A DNA stretch of 64,000 nucleotides. Origin: Octopus sinensis. Taxonomy: Eukaryota. Each line of letters starts with the position of its first letter. Position 1 is the stretch's first letter. This document shows positions 13,548 through 27,346 of this stretch, in pieces. A model generated the notes under the pieces. The model was not told the DNA's origin and ran no database searches. It was given only the letters and a program-made list of their open reading frames with translations. Position numbers and translations under genes: made by a program. The stretch is taken from the NCBI RefSeq assembly GCF_006345805.1, contig NC_043000.1:104718001-104782000 (forward strand). Reading direction: 5' to 3'.

Positions 13548-13813
13548 GGGCATATGGCGTAGTGGTTAAGAGCGCGGACTACTAACCCTAAGATTCCGAG
13601 TTCGATTCCAAGCAATGACCTCAACAACAACAACAACAATAATAATAATAACAACATCGAAAAATACCTTAGGAATGAGAACCCATTTCGAAATTCCCCT
13701 AAGAGTATATCAGCCGAAACGTTGTGTTAACAACAAACAAGATGAGGACAAATATCCGTCGAATGTAAATAATGTAAATAATGTACATAATTCCTCATCT
13801 CTTAAATATAGAA
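13548..13813 (+). mobile_element. tRNA-derived SINE with internal (CAA)/(TAA) repeats
   Basis: A box TGGCGTAGTGG and B box GAGTTCGATTCC, followed by non-tRNA body. Confidence 0.75.
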
Positions 13814-14774
13814 CAGTCTTGTTGTGAAAGTTAAAATGAGACTGACTTGCAGAAACGACAAGGAAACAAAATTGAGTTTCCTGATGGAAAAGATATATAA
13901 GTTGATTAGAGTGAGAATTTGAGCCAAAATGGTGTTCAAAATGAAAAGTAGAAGCAACGTTTTTATAAAATTACAATTGTAAATATTTTGCTATAATTTT
14001 ATTTTGATCCAGTAATTTTGGCCACATATGCAGATACGCGTATCTTGTGATCATTATATACAAAATTACAAGACTTAATTATAGAAACGCATACAAACAG
14101 ACACGTGTGTTTTTATGTATGTGTGTGTGTGTGTGTGCTCACGTTCGTGTGTGAGACTGCAAAGCAACAGATTCCAGAGAAAATTAAAGTACTGGTGATG
14201 TTTGTTTTTGTATTAGTTAAAATAGATTTAATGTGTTTTATATGCATGCATACATGTAACTACTGTAGTTAATATGCATCGCCAATGAATATGTTAATAT
14301 GCAAATGAACAAAAACTACCCACGTCGTTCATCGAACGTTTAATAAATAGCTATTAACTTCTCTCTTTCTCTCTTTCTCTCTTTCTCTTTCTCTCTTTCT
14401 CTTTCTCTCTCCTCTCTCTCTCTCTCTCTGTATTTATGTGTTGTGTGTGTGTGTGTTTGTGTGTGCGTGTGTGTGCGTCTGTCTCTGTATTCTATCACTG
14501 GCGGTATTATCCAAGGTCTCCTTTCTGTTTCAAGACGTTAGAGCGAGATGTGTGTGGTAAATTTTATCTTCTATGTCGAGCATAGCAGACTGAGAGACCC
14601 TAATTGCAGCTATTTATAAAAATCAGTTCATATTTGCTGAGAAAGAGGAAATTGGTGCGAAACAGCAAAGATATCTAAAATATCTTACACGCTACAATCA
14701 TAAATTCTTTTGAAACCATAAGTGAACCCAAATCTCTGAACCCAACACAAAAGTACAGCTAGAATCAATGACAT

Positions 14775-15430
14775 CACGCGAACGACCTTGCTGGAAGGAG
14801 AGAAACGAGAGGGATTATGTGAGCGGAAGGATAACTAATATGGGTCTCTTCTGCTTTGGGGCTGTCGCTTGGGATGGACGTGGTGGCCATGCGAATTGAG
14901 GGAATTTGCCGTTAGGCGGGTAGGACTCTTACGGATATATCGCGGTTGGAAAGGATCGACGTTAAGAGAGGACTCGTTAGGTAGACGAATCACACCTTTT
15001 TTTCCTCATACCACAAGGTATTTCAGTCTTCGTGCATTTTTTCTCCCAACCCCCTGTCTGGGCGATGTGTCAACAGAAATAAAGATTGATAGTGATGCCA
15101 TCAGGCCGTTCTGTGGCGAGCAAGATGTTTTACCCTGAATTCGAAAAATCAAGATGGTGGTCAAGCTGTATGACATTGAGGATGCGGCAGGTCTCATGGT
15201 TCTATACTTGGAAAGAAACGAGTTGACGCTGTACCTCGAAAGGAACGAAGTGGACCAACTAGATGCAGTGAAGGTAGAACGGCGCTTAAAGGAAACATTC
15301 ACAGAAGATTTGTACACTGTGTTTGCCAAACCAAGAAAGGCGAGGTGGATGGGATGAGGCAAAAATTCGAAGGTTGATCACTTCCCTGAACAGATATCGG
15401 TATTGTTGCAACAGCTTACGGGCAGCGAGA
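14775..15430 (+). mobile_element. Ty3/Gypsy LTR retrotransposon remnant (putative LTR/leader plus gag)
   Basis: Reads IRPFCGEQDVLP*IRKIKMVVKLYDIEDAAGLMVLYLE...LYLE..EVDQLDAVKVERRLKETFTED in one frame across a TGA. Resembles Gypsy gag FxGEGDVVAWLKKVKLVAKL...LPLYLEGDALALYLEM. Confidence 0.7.
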
Positions 15431-15457
15431 ATTATATAAATGTTTTATGTTTAATAG

Positions 15458-15725
15458 GTGTGCAGGCATGTGGCCCAGTGGTTAGAGTATTTCACTTACG
15501 AAAGCAAGACGTGGTTTCGATTTCCACACCGGTTAAGCGATGTGCAAAACACTTCATTTCCCATTGCTCCAGTCCACTTTGCTGTAAAACCTTGCGACGG
15601 ACTGGTGTCCCGTTCAGGGAGAATGTTGACCTATCGCTTAGCCAGCAGGGTGGCATCGTTCGGAATCTACAATAATGCGAGGAGGCGCATTGTGACCAGC
15701 GTTGTATAACAATATCTGATAATAT
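15458..15725 (+). mobile_element. tRNA-derived SINE with V/Meta-like central domain
   Basis: A box TGGCCCAGTGG, degenerate B box, central aaccttgcgacggactggtgtcccgttcaggg. Confidence 0.6.
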
Positions 15726-15830
15726 CTGATCAATATATGATAAATTACGCCTTCGATTTAGTTTCATGATTAAAAAGATACTTACATTAATTTAATATAA
15801 TAAAATCTATACTCATATAGACTTAATGTA

Positions 15831-16025
15831 ATCCTTTCTACTATAGGCACAAGGCCTGAAACTTTGGGAGAGGGGACTACTCGATTACTCAACTGGTACT
15901 TATTTTATCGACCCCGAAAGGTAAAGTTGACCTCGGTGCAATTTGAACTCAAAACGTAAAGACGGACGAAATGCTGCTCAGCATTTTGCCCGGCGTGCTA
16001 ACGATTCTGCCAGCTCGCCGCCTTA
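15831..16025 (-). mobile_element. SINE family B
   Basis: Reverse complement of ggcggcgagctggcagaatcgttagcacgccgg...gagttcaaatt...tcggggtcgataaaataagtaccag. Confidence 0.8.
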
Positions 16026-19000
16026 GACTGTAATATAATATAATATAATATTATATTATATATCTGTGAATTTGTATACTTGTTTATTTATGAATTTCCA
16101 AAATTAAAGATTCGTTATTTTTCTCGACTCTGCAAGTTGCTCATGATAACGTAAATTTTCTCCACACTTGTTAAATATAGCAGCAACATCTTCCCGAAAT
16201 TACATGCATCCTACTATTTCTTAAAAGACAATGTGGTTACCACTGGAGCGCTTTTGATTTTAGGTTTATTTCATCACGCAAACGCGCAGCAAATTTAAAG
16301 CGTTAACAATAACAACAACAACAGCAGCAGCAACAACAGCAGTAGCAGCAACAGAAGTAACGACAACAACGATAAACAACACGGCTAAATTGTCTCGTTA
16401 AAACACCAGCTTTCATCACAGTGGAAGGAAGGACCATATAAAAGCAATTTCAGCTACTCGCACAGACGCAGACTTATTAACTGGACATAAAATAATTTCT
16501 ATGTAGACAGAAAAGCAATCTCATATTGAACAAACAGAGACACAAAACAATTCAGGAATTTGAATGTATGGAACAGTACGGCAATAGTTACTGAGTCGTT
16601 CAATAATAACGTTGTAAACTATGATAAATGCAGATTAGTCCAATTTAACGTCATTCATTATTTATTCCTCAATAAGACAGGAATTACTTCTAAAAGCCAC
16701 CAAAATTCGTTAAAACATTCATAAACATTGCACAAGATGACCTGCAGATCATCATGTAAACTATAGAATATCTCCTATATATTTCTTTATTTGCTTGTTT
16801 ATTTAATGAAGATGATAGAACAGTCGTGTTTGATGTTATCTTGGTCGGTTCGATGGCGCCAGTTTATGAATTAGTGGATCGCTTGTTGCTTAACACATTA
16901 GAAACATCGTTTTATAGTATTAGTGTGATTTTGTATAGCAATAGTTAAGTTAGTGTTAGTAGATTTAATGTAACAGTACACATTAAAAAGAAAATCAGAA
17001 GAAAATAAATCAATATTAGTCATTGCCTAATCTCTTGGCAAGTACGGGACAACTCCAGGTATGTTGCTTGTTACAACCTCATCAGCAAAGTACAGGCTCT
17101 ATTGCACTCAAGTAAAGATGGTACAGCCATTAAGTAAATGTACAGGAATGCACAGTGGTTGATGCTGAAAATTAAAATTGCTTTGGGAATGAATGAATAA
17201 CCCAGACACACCATCCAAATGAAAAATAATAGTTGAATTAGTGTTGACATATTTAATGCAAGGAGCATAACAGACTTGAGATTTCGAATAGTGGAAATGG
17301 ACGTATAGTCGACACCTTCTGAAAAGGAAGCAGAACATTCTACAAATTCAATAAATTTGTCTTGATGATGACAGTTGAAGCAAAATTGACAACGATAAAC
17401 TTCCTGAACGACAAACTTAACTTAGCTTCGAAATTATACGAACCTTTCAGGAAATGAAACAGTAACACATCCAAGATAGATATAAATAGATCTACTCACT
17501 CAAACTATTAAAAATACATTAGCAAATGTACTTTATCCTCTGCCAAAGATATCTAACTGGGCCACGGAGTTATACAATGAGACTCCATCACACAGTTACA
17601 ATAATGAATGCAGGAATGGTTTTGGTGTTAAGAAGCTCTATTTACAACTGTGTGGTTATGAACCGAATTTCTTATCGAACTTCAGTCGTGTTTTAATTGT
17701 AAATCGAGTTTCAATCTTACTATGCTTCATCATGATCATGTATCTTCTACTGTAGCATTGAGTCGACCAAAGCATCGCCAGTAAAATTTGAAGGACAAAA
17801 TTTGCCCGAAAACCTGTCAGAGGAACGGTTTCTGCTTTCTAATGATAGACTTGATCTCTTAAACAGTTTAAAACCACTAAGTAGCCCTTGGTTTTTGTGT
17901 CTTCAGCAGAATTCATTCCGTTGCAAGCATTCAGAGTAGATCTCCTGTCAAAGAATATCCCCTCCTACTAATTTCGTAAGCTCTGAAAAATAGATGTGAA
18001 TGCTGCTTCTCTTATTTCTCTGGCTAAGTCATTAAAGAACTGAGAAAAATTATGTATTCAACGGTAACAACAAAAAAGTCTCCTTTAAAACTAGTTCAGT
18101 TGCATCGAAAAGACAGTGTAAGGGTCACAGTACAAAAGTATGTTTAACATAGTAACTACTAAAAGGATCAACATGCACTTTCAGAACTGTGGAGCTTTGC
18201 TGCTTGGAATGGAAATATCTCAAGAAATATATACTGTATATTATACGGTTCGGATCCCAGCACAAAAAGACACCTCGAGGGAGCCTCTGTATGACTGTTC
18301 GATTTGCAACCACATTTACATCAAATGATATTTTACCATCTTTAAGAAAGCGACGTATTAAATAATGTGAACTTAGACACAGTGTATAAAAAAAAATCTA
18401 AAAAACATCAGAATTGATTCGGGGTTAGACATCAACAACGGCAACATTGGACTTGCAATATACTCAGAGTAGTCGTTCAAACGTTGCCTCTCGAAAGAGC
18501 TCGTAGAAAGAACTATCACTCATTGCAAAATTGAACATCAGTCCCGAACTATATATGAAGATTTCGTATATTACATAGGAAATTATTGCAGGAAGGGGAG
18601 AGAACAGTGTTCAAGAAACAAGTCAAAACAATAAAAGCAAAATCTTGTAAAAAAAAAAAGAAAGAAAAATTCGCTCAACGCTGATTTCTTGTTGGCTATA
18701 GAATTATCGTCAGACTGCTGGTATTCTATGAAATACTGAGCCAGGCTATCGACCGAGTCCAACGGGAAAATAATTTCGCTACTATATTTTGCTTTGGCGA
18801 TTAGGAAATAGTCCAATCTAATTGTTATTCTAGAAGACGAAATATTGTGAAAGGTGACGCTAAGATGGGAGAAAGGTAGATGAGAGTGAACGATTTGACA
18901 TGGGTTGATTTGGAACAATTACAGAAGTTGCAGCAGTGACAGGAATTTTCCCGGAGGTTGTGTATGTAGGATTTTAGTTTGATCTGAACTTTTCTGTCTT

Positions 19001-19095
19001 TCTCTCTTAGAAAAAAAACCAGAATTCTTTTTTTACTTTCGTATTCCGACACACGCACACGCGTGCTCAAGCATACACATATACATACGTGCATG

Positions 19096-19128
<33 letters not shown>

Positions 19129-19130
19129 GT

Positions 19131-19164
<34 letters not shown>

Positions 19165-19747
19165 ACTGGAATGAAAACGCAATAGAGGACATTAAAACAT
19201 TCGGATAGATAGACGGTACAAAGGTGGACAAGAGAAACAACAATTAGGACAGGCAAAAAAAAAGACGGATCATTCGTTGCTTTCTTTCCTCAGTCAAGTC
19301 CCAGAAGTCACGACTATTTCGGGCAGTTACACTTGAGATGGTTGGATCTGGTTGCCCCCAACAATAAGTCTAAGCTAAGAGCATTATACCCCTTTGTAAG
19401 AAAGCTAGCTAATGTATACGGCAACAAAGACAAAAAAAAAAGAAACAAAAAACGGAGAACATGGTACACAATTACAAATACAAACAACAAGAAATAACAG
19501 CTGTCTTTCGACGGTCGGCAGTGAGGCCAAGAAAGAAAGACCATGGCTGGCCGGACACCGGTCACGTGGAAGGAGAAGAGATGGGTAGGGGGCAGCGGGA
19601 TTGAAGGATTAGAAAAAGTCAGAGAAAAAGAGAAAGGTACGGGAAGTAGTGGGAGTTAAAGAAAGAGGGGGCCAAGAAATGTGAGAGAAGGGGAGCGAGA
19701 AAAAGGAAGAAAAATGAGAGGGCGAATAATGTGTGAGTGTGTGTACC

Positions 19748-19886
19748 TTTTATCTTTTAAGTGTTTTAGTCTTTGGGCGGCGGCCATACCAAGCTACCGC
19801 TTTGACGGGTTTAGTCAAACAAATCGACACCAGTACTAAAGCCACACACACATAGATATATATGCATTTGCGCGCGCGCACACACA

Positions 19887-19931
<45 letters not shown>

Positions 19932-19985
19932 TCCAAGACCACATGGTTGGGAAGCGAGATTCTGACCACACAGCTACGCCGCTTG
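19748..19985 (-). mobile_element. SINE family A, degenerate
   Basis: Shares 3' tail and internal (CA)n with the 33183 copy. Confidence 0.55.
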
Positions 19986-20880
19986 TGCCTTTATGTGTGC
20001 GTGCGCGCGTGTGTGTGTGTTAGAACACCCAGCTTAACTTGGGTGTGTCTGTTTTGTAGACTGCAGTATTCGTCCCGAGAAATCATCTCCTGTAACTGTT
20101 GGAAGCTAAAAAGTACAGATTATATCGGTTGAAGAAATTTCTTCAGCGTCGGCAGATAGGATTTTTGCATCACGTGATACTGTGAATCTCCGACAACAGG
20201 TGCCCAAGCACTGAATACCAGATGAAAATATCAGTCAAACAGATATGGGTTAACACTGACTAAACAGTCAGTGGTGTCGCAAACCACTGGCGGGCTGAAT
20301 ATAAATTAGTTATGAACAACGGAAGCAGCCTTTGTAACGAATATTAACTAGCGCATGCAACTTAATTTGGATGAGTTCCTTTCAACGCCGTAGACTGCGG
20401 TAATCATCGTGAGAAATCCTCTCATGCGTGTGTGTGTGTGTGTGTAGGGGGTGCACGCGCATGCGTGCTTGTATACGTTTGTATTTATGTATTTAAATAG
20501 ACTGTCCAAATATATACAGTGTATCGTGTTGATTTGTCTTGGTTTTCCATTTTATCCTTTTTAACCCGCCCGTGCAGTACAGTGTACATCAGTCTGACCA
20601 CTGGTCACTACGGTTTCGTTGAACTGTATTCTATTAAATTCTTTTTAATTTTAGGACAACGCAAACAGTTTTGAGGAGAAGAGGAAGTCGACTGTATCGA
20701 CTTCAGCGCTCAACTGATACTTATTTTATCAACGTTGGAATGGATGAAAGTCAAAATCGGCCTCGGCCTCATTTGGACGAATATAGCTTCAAATTTCGGC
20801 ATAAGGCCAGCAATTAAAATAAATATGAGTACAGCACTGTGGTCGATGTAATCTACTTACACCCTTCCTCACAAATGCTG

Positions 20881-21080
20881 GCCGGCGAACTGGCAGAAGC
20901 GTTAGCACGCTGGACGGAATGTTTAGCGGTATTTCGTCTGTCGCTACCTTCTGAGTTCAAATTCCTCGGAGACGACTTTACCTTTCATCTTTTCGGGGTC
21001 GATAAAATAAGTACCAGTTGATATAATCGACTCATCCCCTCTCCACAAAAGCAGCCCAAGTAGCAAAATTTGAAACCATT
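20881..21080 (+). mobile_element. SINE family B with (ATT)n tail
   Basis: A box TGGCAGAAGCG, B box GAGTTCAAATTCC, followed by (ATT)n to 21125. Confidence 0.8.
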
Positions 21081-21084
21081 ATCA

Positions 21085-21125
<41 letters not shown>

Positions 21126-21446
21126 GAGTGAGAGAGCAGTGCATGCCAGCAAAGTGAAACTGGGGTAAAATGTACGAAGCCCAGTATACCCATCATGACT
21201 ACCCGTCTGATAAGGGTACACCAAGCACATGCATCACAACCATATGTGTGCGACATGGTGATCTCATATCAAGACAAACAGCACATGACCTTGCAGGTGG
21301 GGCCCAGTGAGAATTTTCTTCTGGTTGAGTTACCCATTCTGCTCAAAAGGTCCCTGAATAAGGGTTGTTTAAGGCTGTAGAACGAAACACCCATGTTTCC
21401 AGAGGTGAATTGTTCAAACCCCAAAGAATCCCTCTCAACACATGGC

Positions 21447-21447
<1 letters not shown>
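21126..21447 (-). mobile_element. Retroelement 3'UTR-like fragment embedded in (ATT)n (family C)
   Basis: Unique 320 bp with (ATT)n directly on both sides. One end overlaps in sequence with 32840-32875 (gagaggaattctttggggtttgaa). Confidence 0.55.
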
Positions 21448-21523
<76 letters not shown>

Positions 21524-21957
21524 CATTATTATTATTAAGATGTGGATTGGTAGATTCATTGGAGTATCAGACACTTTTATGTTCGAGTTCGAATCCTGCC
21601 GATCTTGACCTTGCCTTTCATCCTTCTGGGTCAATAAAATAAAGCCAGTTAAGTACTGAGGTCAATCCAATTTACAACACAAAATGTGTGACCTTGTTCC
21701 AAGTTCAGAATCCTTATTAGTAGTCTTTGCAAGGGCAGTGAATTGGCAGTATCTTTAGAGAAACAGTTTTTTCTCCCGGCCCTTTAGGTTCTGAGATCAA
21801 ATCTCAGCGTGGTCAGCTTTTCCTTAGTCAAATAGCAGAATCAACATCATCAACCAAACACCTCCTCCCTAATTACTGGCTTTATGCCACTGATAAGCAG
21901 TTATTAGTAGTTTTAGTAGGAAGGCAGAATCGATGGTGGTGGTGGTAGTAGTAGTAA

Positions 21958-21993
<36 letters not shown>

Positions 21994-22059
21994 CGATGGT
22001 GAAGGTGAGGAATTTTCAGACCGGGACAAAATGGCTTACGATATTTATTTGCTGCTTTA

Positions 22060-22278
22060 AGGGGGTGAGCTGGCAGAATCGTTAGCATGCTGGGCAAAAA
22101 TGCTGAGCGGCATTTCGTCCGCCTTTACGTTCTGAGTTCAAATTCCGCCGAGGTCAGCTTGGTTTTTCATCTTTTCAAGGTCGATCAAGTAAATACCAGT
22201 CGGGTACTGGGATCGAAGTAATCGACTTACACCTTCCCCAAAAATTTCAGACCTTGTGCCTATCGTAGAAAGGATATT
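22060..22278 (+). mobile_element. SINE family B
   Basis: Full head-to-tail match to the other copies. Confidence 0.8.
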
Positions 22279-22326
22279 TATTTACGTCTCAGCAGAGATC
22301 TGACTCTACTTTCGACCCTTTGCTCT

Positions 22327-22357
<31 letters not shown>

Positions 22358-22375
22358 CGCGTGTGTGTGCGTGTG

Positions 22376-22409
<34 letters not shown>

Positions 22410-22454
22410 AGTGTGTGCGTGTGCACGTGTTCTGTGAGGAGGGTAGATAGAAAT

Positions 22455-22845
22455 TGCCGCATGCATAGCGGTGGTTTCGGGTTCTATCCCACTGCATGAT
22501 ACTGTAGGTAAGTTTTCTCCTTATAGCTCGGAGCCGGCCAATGTCTTGTTAGTAAGTTTGTAGGCGGAAACTGTGTAGAAGCCCGTCATATATGTGTGCG
22601 TGTGTGTGTGAATGAGTGAGTGCAAGTCTGTTTGCCACTCCCCCACCACCACCACCACCACTTAACAACTGATGTTGGTTTGTTTACGTTCCCGTAACTT
22701 AGCGGTTTGACAAATAACCGATAGAGCAAGTACCTGATTTTTTTAAAGAGTAAGTACGGGATTCGATTTGCTCAACTAAACCTTTCAAGGCAGTATCCCA
22801 GCATGGCCGCAGTCCTATGATTCAAACAAGTAAAAGATAAAAGAA
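22455..22845 (+). mobile_element. SINE family A
   Basis: Contains cccgtaacttagcggtt and cccagcatggccgcagtc...aaacaagtaaaagataaaag. Confidence 0.7.
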
Positions 22846-22949
22846 AAAATACCAGTCTAGCACTCCAGTAGGATTTAATCGTTTAAATTAACCCCACCCC
22901 TCAAATGGGTGGTCTTGTGCCTTTTAGTAGTAGTAGTAGTAGTAGTAGT

Positions 22950-23050
22950 CACTCGTCCAATTAGATTTCCCCTGTGACAAGCGAGTTAGCGTCACGAGGA
23001 GTGCGGCCGGCGCAATGGTGACGTCATATGAGGACGTTACGTCATCTTCC
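22950..23050. promoter_or_regulatory. CpG-rich CCAAT plus CRE cluster (candidate enhancer/promoter)
   Basis: CCAAT at 22957-22961, CGTCA half-site near 22990, TGACGTCA at 23019-23026, TTACGTCA at 23037-23044. Confidence 0.35.
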
Positions 23051-23789
23051 CTAAATAGAATCTCGATCGCAGTGTGGTTGCAGAACTTATATTTATATAT
23101 ATATATGTGTGTGTGTGTGTATGCATCATGTGTGTGTATGTATGCACATACATACATACATACATACATACATACATACATACATACATACACACATACA
23201 TGCAAACATACATACACATAGTTATAAAGCGATTATTTCACAGCATGCTCGTCTAGCGTGTTATAATACAGGGAGTTGTTTTGATCCTCCTCGCTCTTCT
23301 TCTCTTCCTCTTATCTTCTCTTATCTCCTCCTCCTCCTTTTCTACTTTTCTGCTGGTTTTGATTCATGTGATTGTAGTGCTGGAAGTTGGATGCAGTGTT
23401 ATCGTTTGTAATTGTTGGTATTGTAGCTTAGCCCTAAGTTATAATCAAAGTCGTTCCAGCACGAGATAATACTGTCTGTGTAAAGGAATCTACGAATGTA
23501 TCATCAAATGTGTTCTCCCGTTTTGGGATGAGATTTGTGGGAGAGTTAGCTGGCGGTTTTTCCTAGCATATCAAGGGACCACGTAGAGGGTCAGGGTAGA
23601 TTGAACAGGATTATAATGAAAAGCGTTCCATTCAGTACCATCCTGTCTTTTTAAGGATATCTAGGAAAATACTGTCCACCATGTTCTTTTTTTTTTCAAG
23701 TCTGTTGAGTTGGATGTCAGAGAGGTTTGATTGCTATTTCTAGCCGGTCGAGCGACCACGTAGAGTGTCTTTCGTTGGTAGTAAGTGGT

Positions 23790-24404
23790 GTTACGGTAGT
23801 AGCGATGATAATCGCGATCGTGTTGATATAGTGATGAGAGCGGGAGTAGGGTGATGTGCTAGTAATTGCGATTGTTATGGTGGCAGCAGTGTTGATATTT
23901 GCGACAGCGATGGCGATAACGACGATGCTGATAATGATAACGATGATGATGATGATGATAAATATGATGACGATGATGGCGATAGTAATTTTGCACGTGG
24001 TAATAGTGTCGGTTGCGGATACAGAGGTGAAAATGGTGGCGGTAATAGCGATTGCGGTGATGGTGATGGTGATGGTGGTGGCGATGTTATTAGTAGTGAT
24101 GGGTGACGGTGGAGATGAGGTTGGTGGAAGTGTTGTGACGGTATGAGTGAATATTGTTGATGGTATTGGTGGCGGAGGTGAAGGTATTGGTTGAGGTTGT
24201 GGTAGTGTGTGCGGGGTGGTGATATTTTTTATTAGTAGTGGTGATGGTGCAGGTGATGTTATTGGTAGCCATGATGGTGGGGTGTTGTATGAAGTACTGT
24301 TTAGTAGTGGTGTAGATGTTGCCGATGATAGTGATAGTAGTGGTGGTGACATTGGAGATGTTAAGACTAATAAACGATAATAGTGTTGTCAGTAATGGTA
24401 ACGA

Positions 24405-24457
<53 letters not shown>

Positions 24458-24600
24458 ATAATGGCAGTAATAGTAATAATTGTGTTAGTAGCAGCAGTCA
24501 TGTGGTGGTGATGGTGGTGATGCGAATGGTGGCGATGCGAATGGTGGTGGTGGTGGTGGTTATAGTGATGCTGAAATGGTAGTAAATACATTAAGCTTAG
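23790..24600. repeat. Degenerate (GAT)/(GGT)/(AGT) trinucleotide low-complexity region
   Basis: Direct reading. Confidence 0.85.
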
Positions 24601-24924
24601 TTTAAGGTGTTAGTAATACTTCTTTCTAATGGTGTGCTGATGTGGTTGGTGGTGATGGTGGTGTTTGTACGGTATGGTGGTGTCATTAGAAGGTGTCTAT
24701 GACGGTCTTGAATTACTGATAATTTGCTGAGGTTAGGGCGGTTAATCTTCAGTCTAAATTGTTGTATGTGTGAGTATGTAGAAGTTGGGGGAAAACAAGC
24801 AAGATGCAGGTTGCACAGAGGATCAAAAGGACTGGCTTTCTGTTCATCAGGAGCCGTGGGGACGCTGTTGCATGATGATGATGATGATGATGATGATGGT
24901 GATGGTGATGGTAGTAGTAGTAGT

Positions 24925-25100
24925 AATAAGGGTTTCAAATCTTGGCACAAGGCCAGCAATTTCGTGGGAGGGGCAAGTCGGTTACTACTCAACTGATGCT
25001 TATTTTATCGACCCCGAAAGGATGAAAAGCAAAGTCAACCTCGGAGGCATTTGAACTCTGAATGTAAAGACGGACGAAATGCGTTAAGCATTTTGCCCGG
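24925..25100 (-). mobile_element. SINE family B
   Basis: Reverse-complement match; (AAT)n on the right, (AGT)/(GAT)n on the left. Confidence 0.75.
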
Positions 25101-25101
25101 A

Positions 25102-25169
<68 letters not shown>

Positions 25170-26050
25170 TTTCTTTTATTAGCCACAAGGGCCCAAGATA
25201 TATAGCACAATATCGAAGGACGTGTTATAACAAAAAAATTTTACTAAAACGTGGGGTTAACATCAATTAAGGGAAGATACTACCACATTAAAAGATATAA
25301 CAGAAGATATATAATAGAAAGTAGAGAATTAAATAATGAATAATTAAACAGAATCTCCAATAGCCACTAAGCAGAGAAAGATCTACTCTCCTTATCTGCT
25401 AAGGGAAGGTGGTGTGTCGATCTTCACTATACATTCGGCAGACAACAGCTGCTCTACACAATCCCAAAACTCTCTAAAGCACGGACACTGAATTATTACA
25501 TGCAGGACAGTTTCGTTGCTCTGTAAGCATCTCGGGCAGGTTCGGCTATTGGCACTTCCATGCCCGAAGAGCTTGTTTCGAATGGCCAATGTCCCTCTGT
25601 AGCACTGCCAAGCCAAAGACTTTTAGAAATTGGAAATTGTCCATGATCTCAACCCGAAAATCCTCTGGAAGAGACTACTCTGACTGTTCTCGTCAATTCC
25701 TAGATTCAATCTCAGGCGATCATCACTCATACCCTTCCATAGGCCTTTCTTCTCTGTATATATTCCTTTAAGACTCCAGACGGAACCTAAAGCTTGTTGT
25801 ATTTGAGCCTCTGTGACTCTTTCCACCCCCACCCCCTTGATTTTAAGCCGATTGTACGATACGTCACTGTGCGACGTATCGTAGCTTGGATTGTCTTAGG
25901 TGGTGTATTCAACTTTACAGCTCGCCCATCTCTCTCGATTAGCTGTTTAGCATATTTCAGTTCTTCTGAGAACTGTATTTTCTGGAGAGATGATTTAGTT
26001 ACTCCAGCGAAAGAAACCTTTGAAAGGCTGTTCCAAGCCGTTGTAACGGT
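25170..26050 (-). mobile_element. Tx1/L1-clade LINE 3' portion (zf-RVT-like Cys motif)
   Basis: Reads AWQCYRGTLAIRNKLF...CPRCLQSNETVLHVIIQCP. 3' end cccttgtggctaataaaagaaat followed by (ATT)n. Confidence 0.75.
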
Positions 26051-26734
26051 TTGCATCTTAGCTCTTTCATTGTCTTTGCCATTGTTGTGTTGCTTTTGTC
26101 GCTGCCATTGTTGGTTTTCTTGTTGCTGTTGTCACCTTTGTTGTTGTTGTGGTGGTGGTTGTTTATGATGCTGCTGATGTTGTTGTTGTTGTTGCTGTTA
26201 TTATTTGCTTCGCTCACAGAAGGGCTTTCACCGCTGACATTTTCGAAAATTAATGTTTTCCCTTCGAATAATATTGTTAAAAACAGAGCCTTTGTTTTTC
26301 AAAAGATCTTCTGAGTGATCCTCATTGAAAATATTGGCTCCGTTGTTCTTTTTGTCGGGTTTTTTTTTTTTTGAGAGAGAGAGAGAGAAATACGACTGTC
26401 GTCTGTTTTGTTTTTCAGACCGAAGTCGCTTTGCACGCATGCGCCCTCTGTCATTGGCGTTTGTTGACGCTCCTCGCTTTCTCCCTCCTCTCACACGTAT
26501 GAGCGTTGCCGTGTTTTGCGTTTTCTCCTTGTGGGTGGGAAAACGCACACAACTTTGATTAAAGAAACAAAAACAAGTGACCTGACCCTCAAAGCTGGAA
26601 AATAAACTCACCACTCAACAGCAAATAACTTGCCCACGAAGTTAAAAACTTAAATGTATTTTTTCTTATAAAATTCACGGATCGAGGTCAAGCGTCGCTT
26701 GCCAGGCTGACAGCCATAATTATTATTACTTTCC

Positions 26735-27150
26735 TCTTTGGCCAAGGCCTCATCAACTTTTTCAAGTTTCACTTGAAAAGGAAGATGAGAGTAGAGAGGG
26801 AAGTGCTGTTTGGAAGCAAGTTTATTGAAAGGTGGGTGAATGTCGCAAGAATGGCCTGTATGAACGGACCAATTCTGAGGATACACCTGTGAGAAATTAA
26901 AAGGAAATATAAAAGGAGAAAGGGTCTCTCTACCCCCCCCCTTTTGACCAGGCTTCCGTGGCTTTTACCACGAGTAACCTTTCGAAGCCCCACTTATTGG
27001 GAGCTTTAATTGTTACTTACATTTCATTGTTATCCTGCTTTTGTACACGGACTTTTTCAAACGGACAAAACCCTTTGTAACTTTCGTCCTGTGTTTTGCC
27101 CCTTATGTTTTAATTGATTTTTGTTAGCCCTTGTGGCCAATAAACGAATT
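26735..27150 (+). mobile_element. Tx1/L1-clade LINE 3' end
   Basis: Reads GLINFFKFHLKRKMRVEREVLFGSKFIERWVNVARM, matching 36560-36720 (-). Ends cccttgtggccaataaacgaatt followed by (ATT)n. Confidence 0.75.
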
Positions 27151-27151
27151 A

Positions 27152-27201
<50 letters not shown>

Positions 27202-27307
27202 CATCATCATCATCATTATTCTAGCAGTTTCTTTATTGCTCACAGGGACCGCAAAAAAATCCTTTTAGGGGAATATAAAGACAAGAACGGTGGGGATTTA
27301 ATTAAAT

Positions 27308-27346
<39 letters not shown>

